64,000 nucleotides of DNA, from positions 16,001 to 80,000 of the forward strand of contig CAZIJC010000002.1 in the NCBI GenBank assembly GCA_964539385.1, given 5' to 3'. The notes below the pieces were generated by a model. That model ran no database searches. It worked only from the letters and a program-made list of their open reading frames with translations, and was not told the origin of the DNA. The DNA comes from an uncultured Anaerolineales bacterium. Its GTDB lineage: Bacteria; Planctomycetota; Phycisphaerae; FEN-1346. The position numbers and the translations under genes were made by a program. This document shows positions 10,326-19,943 of the stretch, in pieces (within the stretch, counting starts at the first letter, position 1; each line of letters opens with the position of its first letter).

Positions 10326-11615
10326 TTACTTGTCGAGCGGCTCCAGATAAATGTTGCGGAACTCGATGGGGCTGCCTTCGCTCTGCAGGCAGATGGAGCC
10401 GCTGGACGGGTTGGCGTCTGTGCCTTCGTTCTGGAGTTGGCCGTTGACGATGAGTTTGACCGTGCCGCCGTCGCAAATGATGTCGTAGGTATTCCACTGG
10501 CCGGCGGGTTTCTCGCTCGACGGGGCCTTCTTCTTGACGTTGGCGAAGGCTTTCGGCCCGATCTGCTCTCCGGCCACCTTGATCGTCGAGTGGCTCAGCA
10601 GCCAGAAGTCACCGGCATTCTGGTGCATGAGTTGGGCCTCGATGCACTTGGGCCAGACCCTGTCGATGCCGGTGCGGTGAAGCAGCACGCCGCTGTTGGT
10701 GGGCTTCTCGGCCCATCGCCATTCCACGTGCAGTTTGTAGTTTGCGTACTCCTCGCAGGTGCGGATGTAGCCGTTGGGTTTGCCTTCGCAGCGGATGATG
10801 CCGTCGCGGACGCTCCAGACCTTGTCCACCGTCCATTTCTTGTCGGGGCCGCGCTGGTCGTTCGGGATGAAGCGGACCCAACCGCTGAGGTCCTCGCCGT
10901 TGAAAAGGACAATTTTGCTGGTGGGGACAACGGGCCAGGGCTTGTTCTTATCATTGGCGGGCTCGATGGTGATGTTGCGGAACTCAATGGGCACACCTTC
11001 GCTCTGAAGGCAGATCTTGCCGCCGCTCAGGGAACAGGCGGTCGCCTCGTTCATGAGTTTGCCGTTGACGTACGGCCGGACGGTGTCGCCGACGCACCAG
11101 ACCTCGTAGACGTTCCACTGGCCGGGCTCCTTTTCGTTGTGGGCGTCGTACTTGACGACCCTTCTGCCCCCGACGCGATGGCCGCCGCTGCTGTGCTCGT
11201 TGAACTCGACGCCGCCGATTTCGAAAAAGTCGCCCTGGTTGCGGAACATGCCCTGGCATTCCAGGCTCTTGGGCCAGACGCGGTCTTCGCCGACCATGTG
11301 GACAAGGATGCCGTTGTTCCCGGTGCGGCCGGGCCAGCGATACTCGACGCGGACCTTGTAGTTCTTGTAGGCCTTGGCGGTGCGGATGTAGCCGGCCGGC
11401 TTGCCGGTGCAGGCCAGGATGCCTCCGGCTTGGATGGTCCAGGTCTCATCCACCTTGCCTTCGCCTCGCAGATGGCGGACCCAGCCGTCGAAGGTCTTGC
11501 CGTCGAACAGCACGGTCTTGGCCGTTGGTTCAATCGCCTCTTCCGCCCCCATGGCCGCCGACAACGGAGCCAGCACCACGCACACGACACCGAGAATCCA
11601 TGCTTCGCGTTTCAT
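10326..11615 (-). CDS. secreted protein with two tandem DUF1080 (3-keto-disaccharide hydrolase-like, concanavalin-like fold) domains
   Basis: A signal peptide (MKREAWILGVVCVVLAPLSAAMG) precedes two internally repeated units of about 200 aa. Each unit has the motif set FDGKTFDGW / FNGEDLSGW, then W.v.dG.i, then GYIRT, then Y.NYK(v/l), then E(y/w)RW, then GVLLH, then DRVWPK.IE.Q, then ICLQSEG.PIEFRNI. This is typical of DUF1080. Confidence 0.8.
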   Translation of the reverse strand: MKREAWILGVVCVVLAPLSAAMGAEEAIEPTAKTVLFDGKTFDGWVRHLRGEGKVDETWTIQAGGILACTGKPAGYIRTAKAYKNYKVRVEYRWPGRTGNNGILVHMVGEDRVWPKSLECQGMFRNQGDFFEIGGVEFNEHSSGGHRVGGRRVVKYDAHNEKEPGQWNVYEVWCVGDTVRPYVNGKLMNEATACSLSGGKICLQSEGVPIEFRNITIEPANDKNKPWPVVPTSKIVLFNGEDLSGWVRFIPNDQRGPDKKWTVDKVWSVRDGIIRCEGKPNGYIRTCEEYANYKLHVEWRWAEKPTNSGVLLHRTGIDRVWPKCIEAQLMHQNAGDFWLLSHSTIKVAGEQIGPKAFANVKKKAPSSEKPAGQWNTYDIICDGGTVKLIVNGQLQNEGTDANPSSGSICLQSEGSPIEFRNIYLEPLDK

Positions 11616-11894
11616 CACGCTCTCCTTTCCAAACGGGAGTTGAGGATAGGGAACCTGTCGTCCACCCTCTTGGGTGGCCACCGGCGACGACTCAGCATAA
11701 GGGAAAGAAAGGCACAGTCAAGACTCATGCTTTCCCCTCAGCCTCGCCGGTGTCCACTCGGTAGGTGACGCTCTTGCCTTTTCCCGGGTCCAATGCCACA
11801 ATCTTCATGCCGGGACCCTTTTGATTCGCGCCGGTGGGCGATGCCCCGTGGATCAGCCCGATTCCTCGCCCGGCCGCAGACAGGGGGCAAGATC

Positions 11895-13286
11895 ATGCAT
11901 CCGAGCGTTCTGCTGCCGGTGCTGTGTGCGGCGTTGGTTGGCATAGGCGTGGCGTTGCCGGCGGCGGAGGTGGCCGAGCCTCCCGGCGCGGGCGACCGCA
12001 TCCAGCCCTGGCCGAAGAATCCCTATTACTGGCAGTTCAAGGGGGTGCCCGTGCTGCTCTTGGGCGGGTCGGTCGAGGACAACCTGTTTCAGATACCGAA
12101 CCTGGCCGAGCACCTGGACCTGCTAAGCGCGGCCGGCGGCAACTACGTCCGCTGCACCATGAGTTGCCGCGACCAGGGCGACGTCTGGCCGTTCGCCGGG
12201 ACGGGCGGCGCGTACGATCTGGACAAGTGGAACGGCGAGTTCTGGCGCAGGTTCGATGAGTTCCTCGCCGAGACCGCCCGGCGCGGCATCATCGTCCAGA
12301 TCGAAGTGTGGGCCACCTTCGACTACTACCGCGACCTCTGGCAGCGGAACCCCTTCAACCCGAAGAACAACGCCACCTACACGGCCGAGGCGTCGGGGCT
12401 GCCGCTGGAGGTGAAGACGCATCCCACGAGGACGGAGAACGATTTCTTCCGCTCGGCGCCCGGAGCAAAGAACCTGAAGGTGGTGCTCAAGTACCAGGAG
12501 TGGTTCGTCGAGAAACTCCTCTCCTGCAGCCTCCGCTGCGACCACGTCCTGTACTGCATGGACAACGAGACGAGCGTCACGCCGAAGTGGGGCGCGTACT
12601 GGGCGACGTTCATCCGCAGGAAGGCGGCCGCCGCCGGCCGGCGCGTCGAGGTCACCGAGATGTGGGACAAGTGGGACCTCGCGCATCCGCAGCACAACGC
12701 CACGTTCGACCATCCGGAGACCTACTCCTTCGTCGATATATCGCAAAACAACCACAACAAGGGACAGACGCACTACGATAATATGCAGAAGCAGCGGCGG
12801 CGCCTCGCACAGCGGGTCCGCCCGATGAACAACGTCAAGATCTACGGGGCCGACGGCGGCCGCTACGGCGACACGCGCGACGGCGTCGAGCGCCTCTGGC
12901 GAAACGTCTTCGGCGGGTGCGCGTCGGCCCGTTTTCACCGGCCATCGAGCGGTATCGGACTCTCGAAACTCGCGCAGCGGATGATACGAGCGGCGCGCGA
13001 CGTGACCGGCGCGTTCGACCTGTTCGCCTGCAAGCCGCACGCCGACCTCCTCTCGGACCGCAACGAGGGCGAGGCCTACTGCCTGGCCCAACCGGGCAAG
13101 CAGTACGCCGTCTACTTCCCCCGCGGCGGGCAGGTGACGCTCAACACGAAAGACGCCGCTGGCCGGACGCTTCGCTGGTACGACATCGACGCCGGCACGT
13201 GGCGCAAGGTCCAAGAGGTGAAGGGCGGCGGCACGATCGAACTCAAGACGCCCGGCGCCGGCCAGTGGGCCGCCGTCGTCCGATAA
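11895..13286 (+). CDS. secreted putative glycoside hydrolase (TIM-barrel, cellulase-like/DUF4038-like)
   Basis: It has a signal peptide (MHPSVLLPVLCAALVGIGVALPAAEVA). It is a paralogue of the 14689-16144 gene: shared motifs are NYVRCTM, FWRRFDEFL, ARRGIIVQIEVWA and NETS. The exact family cannot be verified without a search. Confidence 0.45.
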   Translation: MHPSVLLPVLCAALVGIGVALPAAEVAEPPGAGDRIQPWPKNPYYWQFKGVPVLLLGGSVEDNLFQIPNLAEHLDLLSAAGGNYVRCTMSCRDQGDVWPFAGTGGAYDLDKWNGEFWRRFDEFLAETARRGIIVQIEVWATFDYYRDLWQRNPFNPKNNATYTAEASGLPLEVKTHPTRTENDFFRSAPGAKNLKVVLKYQEWFVEKLLSCSLRCDHVLYCMDNETSVTPKWGAYWATFIRRKAAAAGRRVEVTEMWDKWDLAHPQHNATFDHPETYSFVDISQNNHNKGQTHYDNMQKQRRRLAQRVRPMNNVKIYGADGGRYGDTRDGVERLWRNVFGGCASARFHRPSSGIGLSKLAQRMIRAARDVTGAFDLFACKPHADLLSDRNEGEAYCLAQPGKQYAVYFPRGGQVTLNTKDAAGRTLRWYDIDAGTWRKVQEVKGGGTIELKTPGAGQWAAVVR

Positions 13287-13349
13287 GCGATTGTCCCGCA
13301 ACATGCGCGGCGGGTCTCCCGACCCGCCGCGACGGAGGGAGGTGCCGCC

Positions 13350-14693
13350 GTGACGATCCGTACCTTCGCCGCCGTTCTGCTCGTGTTCGCGCTGCCCGCG
13401 TGGGCGGCGCCGCCGGTGGTGGTTGAGGAGGGGGACCGCCCGATACTGGCGGCGTTCCTCGGCCACGCCGAGCGGTCGGCCGCCTACTGCACGGCGGAGC
13501 GGATGGCGAAGTTCGCGGCCCAGCCGGAGGACATCGTGTGGCAGGGGTCGCGGTACATCCGTCTGCCGCTCCTGGCGTACCGCCTGACGGGCGACGCCAG
13601 GTACCTCGACGAATTCGTGAAACGGTGCGACGCTCTGTACGGCTGCCAGACGAAGGGCGGCGACGGGTTCCTCGGCTGGTACGGTCTGCCGCTGCCGCTC
13701 TTCCGCCATCCGGACCACCCTGAGGAGAAGGTCGATTGTCTCCTCACAAGTTTCGAGGTAGCGCGGATGGCCGCCGATTTTGCGCGCGTAGTCCGGGCCG
13801 ACGATGCGCTCGTCCGCCGCCACGGACGCGCGGCCGAGCGCTATCTGAAGGTGGCCGAGGAGCACCTGGTCAGAAAATGGGACGCCCGCAAGTGTTACCG
13901 CGACCTCGGCAGATTGGGGGCCGTCTACAGCACGCACCCGGGCCTGAAGTCCGTCAAGGCGGGCCTCACCCAGCCGCACAACAAGCACGCCAAGATCGTC
14001 CGGGCGCTCGTCTCGCTCTACGCCGCCACCGGCAGGGATGAGCACCTCGTGAAGGCCGTCAAACTCGCCGCGCGGTTCAAGCGATGCCTCGCGCTTGCCG
14101 AGGGTCATTACACGTGGAACTACTGGGACCCGGCCGGGCCGTGGGACGTCCATCCCGAGGACCCGGCCAAGTGGAAGCACTGGATCGGGGCCGAGCATCG
14201 CGGCGGGTACTACGCCCTGTCGCTCTCGCAGGCGGTGCTGCTGTACGAGCACGGCCTGGTGTTCGACCGCTCCGACATCGACCGGTTCGTGCAGACGCAG
14301 ACGACGGTCTGCTGGAACGGCGACACCGAGCATCCCAAGTGGGCCCGCGTGGACGGCCGCGCTATGGATCAAGTCTACCTGTGCGCGTACCTGGCGCCGT
14401 TCGACAATGCGATTCGCGAGATGGCCCTGGGTGCGCCCGCGCGCCGCGAACGTCTCAAGCACAAGGACCATTCGTGGCAGGGCTCGGTCGTGGCGGCCGA
14501 GTACCTGGAGATGAAGTACCTGACGTACCCGCGTTGGCGCGACGGTTCGCCGGCCGAGAAGGCGACCGCGGCGCCGTTCCTCGCCAAACCGGCAAACCAG
14601 GCGCTGCTGAAGGAACTGGCGCTGGAGGTCAAAGCGCCCGGTTACCGCGCCCCGCAGACGCCGGCGCAGATGAATCCTGGAGGTGTGCGATGA
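13350..14693 (+). CDS. secreted hypothetical protein, possibly an alpha/alpha-toroid polysaccharide lyase/hydrolase accessory
   Basis: It has a signal peptide (MTIRTFAAVLLVFALPAWAAP), is Trp/Tyr-rich, and carries no recognisable catalytic motif. It is embedded between glycan-active genes. Confidence 0.4.
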   Translation: MTIRTFAAVLLVFALPAWAAPPVVVEEGDRPILAAFLGHAERSAAYCTAERMAKFAAQPEDIVWQGSRYIRLPLLAYRLTGDARYLDEFVKRCDALYGCQTKGGDGFLGWYGLPLPLFRHPDHPEEKVDCLLTSFEVARMAADFARVVRADDALVRRHGRAAERYLKVAEEHLVRKWDARKCYRDLGRLGAVYSTHPGLKSVKAGLTQPHNKHAKIVRALVSLYAATGRDEHLVKAVKLAARFKRCLALAEGHYTWNYWDPAGPWDVHPEDPAKWKHWIGAEHRGGYYALSLSQAVLLYEHGLVFDRSDIDRFVQTQTTVCWNGDTEHPKWARVDGRAMDQVYLCAYLAPFDNAIREMALGAPARRERLKHKDHSWQGSVVAAEYLEMKYLTYPRWRDGSPAEKATAAPFLAKPANQALLKELALEVKAPGYRAPQTPAQMNPGGVR

Positions 14694-16144
14694 ACCGACG
14701 CGAAACGCTGCGGCGGTGGATTGGATGGATTCTCCTTGCGGTGGTGATCGCCGTGGCGGTCACGTCGGCCAGGAGCCGCGCGGGGCAGCCGCCCGCCGCC
14801 GGGCCGCTCCGGGTCCATCCCGACAACCCGCGGTACTTCACCGACGGAAGCGGCAGGGCGATCCTCCTGGCCGGCTCGCACACGTGGCCGAGCCTGGTGG
14901 ACATGGGGCCGAGCGATCCGCCGCCGCGGTTCGACTTCGACGGCTATCTCGATTTCCTCCAGAAGCACGGCCACAACTTCGTCCGCCTCTGGACGTGGGA
15001 GCACACGACGTGGGATACGCGCGGCAACCGCGAGAAGAAACGCCATCATTGCGGGCCCATGCCGTACGCCCGAACCGGACCGGGCAAGGCGCTCGACGGC
15101 AAGCCGAGGTTCGATCTCAGCAAGTTCGACGCCGAGTACTTCAACCGCCTCCGCCGGCGTGTCGAGGCCGCGGGCAAGCGCGGCATCTACATCTCGGTCA
15201 TGCTCTTCGAGGGCTGGGCCATGCAGCACTCACCGGGCGCCTGGGAGTCACACCCCTTCCACCCGAATAACAACATCAGCGGCATCAATGGTGACACGGA
15301 CGGCGACGGCAAGGGCCTGGAGGTCCACGAACTGGCCGACCCCAAGGTCACGGCCATCCAGGAGGCCTACGTCCGCAAGGTCATCGACACGGTCGGCGAC
15401 CTCGACAACGTCCTCTACGAGATCTCCAACGAGAACCATCCGCCGTCAACCAAGTGGCAGTATCACATAATCGAGTTTATCCACAAGCATGAGAAGACCC
15501 GGCCAAAACAGCATCCGGTGGGCATGACGTTCCAGTACAAGGGCGGTAGCAACAAGGCGCTCTTCGACAGCCCGGCCGAGTGGATCTCACCGAACCCGAG
15601 CACCGACGTGCCCAAGGGGCACAACTACCGCGACAATCCGCCGCCCGCCGATGGCCGCAAGGTCATCCTCACCGACACCGATCACCTCTGGGGCATCGGC
15701 GGCGACTACCGGTGGGTGTGGAAGTCGTTCCTGCGCGGCCTCAACCCCATCTTCATGGACCCGTACGACGGCGAGGTCCTGGGCCTTCGCCAGCCCCAGA
15801 ACTGGCCGGCGCTGCGGCGGGCCATGGGCGACGTCCTTCGCTTCAGCCGCCGGAGGGCCTTGGCCGCCATGACGCCGCAGGGCAAACTCGCCTCCACCGG
15901 CTACTGCCTCGCGAATCCCTCCAAGAAGAACCCGGAGTACCTCGTCTACCTGCCCGACGGTGGGAAGGCGACCGTGGACCTCTCGACCACGCCCGGTCCG
16001 CTCGTGGCCGAGTGGTTTGATCCGAAGACGGGCAAAACCGTGAAGGACGACTCGGCTGTCGGCGGCGCCCGCCGCGAGTTCAAAGCCCCCTTCGCCGGCG
16101 ACGCCGTGCTGTACCTCGCCCTATCGTACAGGGCGAACCCCTGA
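14689..16144 (+). CDS. secreted putative glycoside hydrolase (TIM-barrel, cellulase-like/DUF4038-like), paralogue of the 11895-13286 gene
   Basis: The start ATG at 14689 overlaps the upstream stop (ATGA). A signal/TM segment follows (WILLAVVIAVAVTSA). Motifs HNFVRLWTW, YFNRLRRRVEAAGKRGIYISVMLFEGW and YEISNENHP (a NEN-type acid/base motif) suggest a GH5-like fold. Confidence 0.5.
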
Positions 16145-16156
16145 GGGGAAGCCGCC

Positions 16157-18628
16157 ATGGTCCGCTTCGTCGCATGGATTGTCACCGTCATCGGGGTGAC
16201 GGTCTCGGCCGTCGCCGCCACGGAGACCCCCGTCGTCTGGGACTTTGAGGCCGACGCGGCCGGATGGCGGCCGCGGGCCGAGACGGTTGCCGTCACCCGC
16301 GCCGCCGCCGGCGCCACCCCTGCCAGCCGTGGATCGCTCCACGTGCGGGGCCCGATCCGAGTGGGGTGGAACTACGTCACCTCGCCGCACCGGCCCATGA
16401 CGCCGGGCGGCCTGTACCGCCTGTCGGCGCATCTGCGCGTCGATGCGTTGGGCCCGGCCACGCCGGCCCCGTACCTGAAGTGTGAGTTCGTGGGCGCCGA
16501 CCGCCGCAAGGCCCTCGGACGGGCCTCGACCGAACCCTACGACCCGGCGCGGATGGGCACGTGGCAGCGGCTGGCCGGCGAGTTTCGCGCGCCCAAGGGT
16601 GTCGTCTCCAGCTGGCTGGCCCTCGAGAAGGGCACCGCCGGGCCTTGCGAGATCGACGCACGACTCGATGACGTGCGGCTCGAGCCCATCGAGCGGCTCA
16701 CGGTCTTCGACAAGTACCTTCTGGACCCGCTTCCCGAAGGGCTGGCAAAGGTCCGCGGCGTCCACCCGCGGCTGTACCTGACGGCCGATGGCTTCGACGC
16801 GCTCCGCCGCGCCATCCGCTCGACGCACAAGCCGATGTGGGACGAACTCAAGGCCCTCGCCGACCGGTATGCCCGCGGCGGCCCGCCGAAATATATCCGG
16901 CACGACCGCTACAGCGGCGACGAGCAACTCTGGCAGCGGGGTGTCGGAAACGTCATGCCGACCATCGCGATGGCCTACCGGTTGACGGGCGAGAAGCGGT
17001 ATCTCGACGCCGCCAGGGCGTGGGCCCTCGCTTCGTGCGGCTACGAGACGTGGGGCCTCGGACGCATCGACGGCATGGACCTGGCGGCGGGGCACCAACT
17101 CTTCGGCCTGGCCATCGTGTACGACTGGTGTTACCAGGACTTGGGGGCGGAGGCGCGGCAGACGATTCGCGCGACGCTCGTGCGGCGGGGCGGGGCGATG
17201 TTCGACGCGGCTGTCACCGGACGCGCCTGGTGGCGACGCGCCTACCTCCAGAACCATCTCTGGGTCAACGTGTGCGGGCTGGCGGCCGCCGGGCTGGCGG
17301 TGTTCGACGAGGTCGAGGGCGCGTCGATGTGGGTCGGCCTGCCGCTCGAGAAGTTCCGCCGCACGATGGAATCGCTCGGCCCCGACGGGGCCAGCCACGA
17401 GGGTGTCGGCTACTGGCAGTACGGCGCCGAGTACCTCCTGAAGTTCATGCACCTGGCGCGCGACCTGCTGGGCGTGGACCTGCACGGCGGCGCCTGGTGG
17501 CGGAATACCGCCGCCTACGCGCAGTACCTGACGTTGCCCCGCCGGGCGTGGACACGCCGTAACTCAATCGTCGACCTTGCCGACTGCCCGCGCTACAACT
17601 GGTACGGGCCGGAGTACCTGCTGCGCCGTCTGGCGGCCTTGTACCGCGACGGGCACGCCCAGTGGCTGGCGCGCGAGGTCGCCGGCGCCAACATCGCCGC
17701 CGCCGGCGCCCCGTGGCTGAATCTCGTCTGGTTCGACCCGACGGTTGAGGCCCGGCCGCCGACCGACCGTCCGACGCTTCGCCACTTCCGCGACATGGGC
17801 ATCGTGAGTGCCCGAAGCACCTGGTCGGGCGACGAGGCCCTCGTGGTCCTGAAGTGCGGGCCGTTCATCGGACACGAGGCCGTCGAGCGGTTCACCTACG
17901 ACCCCGGCGGCGGGCACGTCCACCCCGACGCGAACCACTTCGTCGTGTTCGCGTGCGGAGAATGGCTCGTCCGCGACGACGGCTACCGCGCCAAACGCAC
18001 CGGCCAACACAACACGCTGCTGGTCGGCGGCAAGGGGCAACTCGGCGAGGGACGCATGTGGTTCGACGGCGCGCCCTGCCTTCGACGAAAGGCCCGGCCG
18101 CGCATCCTACGAGCCGAGAGCACGCCGGCGCTCGACCACATCGCCGGCGATGCGACCGCGGCCTATCCGCCCGAGGCGGGGCTCACGCGGTACGTCCGCC
18201 ACCTCCTTTTCCTCAAGCCCGACGTGCTCCTTGTCATCGACGACGTGGACGCCGAGAAGGAAACCGATCTGGAACTTCGGTATCATCCCGAACAGCAGGC
18301 GGCGACTCGCCGGGGCGACGCCTTTGTGACACGGGGCGAGAAGAGCGTCCTCAGAATCGAGATCCTGACGGCCCAGGGCGCCGCCGTCGCCGCTGAACCT
18401 CTGGCCGTTGCGGGCCGACACGGCGAGGACGGCGAGCAGATGCTGACGGTCCGGCTGCGGCGGCGCGGCCGGGCGTGGCGAAGCGCGGTGGCCCTCTCGT
18501 GGGCTCCCAAGGGCGCCGAGCCGGCCCCCGTCTCGCTCCACGCGGACGGCGACGCCTGGACCTTCGCGGTCGGTGGCCGCACGGTGACCTTCGATTGGCG
18601 GACGGGCCAGGTGGAGGGCGTGCGATGA
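16157..18628 (+). CDS. heparinase II/III-like polysaccharide lyase family protein
   Basis: It has a signal peptide. The C-terminal region (GGGHVHPDANHFVVFACGEWLVRDDGY...QHNTLLVGGKGQ) matches the heparinase II/III C-terminal beta-sandwich signature. An alpha/alpha-toroid-like W/Y-rich region lies N-terminal to it. Confidence 0.7.
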   Translation: MVRFVAWIVTVIGVTVSAVAATETPVVWDFEADAAGWRPRAETVAVTRAAAGATPASRGSLHVRGPIRVGWNYVTSPHRPMTPGGLYRLSAHLRVDALGPATPAPYLKCEFVGADRRKALGRASTEPYDPARMGTWQRLAGEFRAPKGVVSSWLALEKGTAGPCEIDARLDDVRLEPIERLTVFDKYLLDPLPEGLAKVRGVHPRLYLTADGFDALRRAIRSTHKPMWDELKALADRYARGGPPKYIRHDRYSGDEQLWQRGVGNVMPTIAMAYRLTGEKRYLDAARAWALASCGYETWGLGRIDGMDLAAGHQLFGLAIVYDWCYQDLGAEARQTIRATLVRRGGAMFDAAVTGRAWWRRAYLQNHLWVNVCGLAAAGLAVFDEVEGASMWVGLPLEKFRRTMESLGPDGASHEGVGYWQYGAEYLLKFMHLARDLLGVDLHGGAWWRNTAAYAQYLTLPRRAWTRRNSIVDLADCPRYNWYGPEYLLRRLAALYRDGHAQWLAREVAGANIAAAGAPWLNLVWFDPTVEARPPTDRPTLRHFRDMGIVSARSTWSGDEALVVLKCGPFIGHEAVERFTYDPGGGHVHPDANHFVVFACGEWLVRDDGYRAKRTGQHNTLLVGGKGQLGEGRMWFDGAPCLRRKARPRILRAESTPALDHIAGDATAAYPPEAGLTRYVRHLLFLKPDVLLVIDDVDAEKETDLELRYHPEQQAATRRGDAFVTRGEKSVLRIEILTAQGAAVAAEPLAVAGRHGEDGEQMLTVRLRRRGRAWRSAVALSWAPKGAEPAPVSLHADGDAWTFAVGGRTVTFDWRTGQVEGVR

Positions 18629-18747
18629 CTTGGTGGGGCGCGGCGATGATCCTCAGGCCGACCGGCTCTTGCGCTTGACAAACCCGACGGTGCGGGCGAC
18701 AGTACCGGCCGCCTGCCCTGCGCATCCGCCCGTGAAGGAGGCGATCT

Positions 18748-19779
18748 GTGCTCGCGGCCGTCCTGAAAGACTACGATAACCTGGTTCTGGAAGACGTTCC
18801 GCAGCCCGAGCCCGGCATCGGCGAGGCCGTGGTCCGCATCCGGTCGTGCGGGTTCTGCGCCACCGATTACAAAGCCATCAAGGGCATCCGACGCAACGTC
18901 GTCTTTCCGCTCGTTCCGGGGCACGAGCCGTCGGGCGTCGTCGCGAAGGTGGGGCCGGGCGTCGAGCATTTCAGGCAAGGCGATGAGGTTATCCTCCAGC
19001 CGTCCGGTTACTGCGGCGTGTGCGCGCATTGCCGCACCGGAAACACGCATTACTGCGAGCACGCCTTCACGACAGGCGGCGACGGACCGCCGGTGACGTG
19101 GCCCGGGTCGTTCGCCGAGTACACGAAGACGCTCTCCCGGTGCCTGTTTCACAAGCCGCCGTCGCTCTCGTTCGATGCGGCGGCGCTCACCGAGCCGCTT
19201 TCCGGCGCGTGGAAAGGCGTCGTCCAGTACAGCCGGATGCAGGTGGGCGACGACGTGGTCGTCATCGGCACGGGGGGCATCGGCCTTCTGTGCCTGATGG
19301 TGGCGAAGGCGGCCGGGGCCGGAAGGCTCGTCGCCATCGACAAGAGCGACTACGCCCTCGCCAGCGCCGCCGCCCTCGGCGCCACGCACACCGTCAACCC
19401 GAACAACAAGGATGCGAAGCAGCGCGTCTACGAGATCATGCCCGACGGGCCGGACCTCGTGGTCGAGGCGGCCGGGCCCATCGAGGCGGTGCGGATGATG
19501 GTCTCGCTGCTTCGGCGCGGCACGCGGTGGAACGTGTTCGGCATAACGACCCATGAGACGTTCGAGATGGACGGCGGCCTCGCACACTTCCTGGAGGCCC
19601 GCATGGACGCCTCGTTCGGCACCACGCCCAGGGCCATGACGGCCGCCATCCGCCTGATGGAGCGCGGCCTGGTGGACACCGACAGAATCATCTCGCACCG
19701 GTTCCCGCTCGCCGACATCCACAAGGCCGTCGAGGTGATGGGCACTCCGGAACGGAACAAAGTCATCGTCAACCCGTGA
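18748..19779 (+). CDS. Zn-dependent alcohol/polyol dehydrogenase (MDR superfamily)
   Basis: It carries the catalytic Zn motif (GHEPSGVV), the structural Zn Cys cluster (CGVCAHCRTGNTHYC), and a Rossmann motif (VVVIGTGGIGLL). Confidence 0.85.
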   Translation: MLAAVLKDYDNLVLEDVPQPEPGIGEAVVRIRSCGFCATDYKAIKGIRRNVVFPLVPGHEPSGVVAKVGPGVEHFRQGDEVILQPSGYCGVCAHCRTGNTHYCEHAFTTGGDGPPVTWPGSFAEYTKTLSRCLFHKPPSLSFDAAALTEPLSGAWKGVVQYSRMQVGDDVVVIGTGGIGLLCLMVAKAAGAGRLVAIDKSDYALASAAALGATHTVNPNNKDAKQRVYEIMPDGPDLVVEAAGPIEAVRMMVSLLRRGTRWNVFGITTHETFEMDGGLAHFLEARMDASFGTTPRAMTAAIRLMERGLVDTDRIISHRFPLADIHKAVEVMGTPERNKVIVNP

Positions 19780-19837
19780 AAGGCATTGTCCGCCGCGACG
19801 ACGTCGTGAAGGTGGTGCTGGAATGGTGAACGGGCAT

Positions 19838-19885
19838 TTTAGCCGCGACCCGAAGGGGAGCGCGCTCTCCCCTGCGGGTCGCGGC
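19838..19885. terminator. near-perfect 23-bp-arm inverted repeat between convergent genes, probably a bidirectional transcription terminator
   Basis: The sequence is TTTTAGCCGCGACCCGAAGGGGAGCGCGCTCTCCCCTGCGGGTCGCGGCTAAAA. The stem is GC-rich, and T-runs (A-runs on the other strand) flank it on both sides. It lies in the 164-bp gap between the + strand ADH gene and the - strand lyase gene. Confidence 0.6.
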
Positions 19886-19943
19886 TAAAAGGGCATCGCT
19901 TCTCGGCGACGAGTCAAATCAGTTCGGGCCGGGCAGGCGGCTC

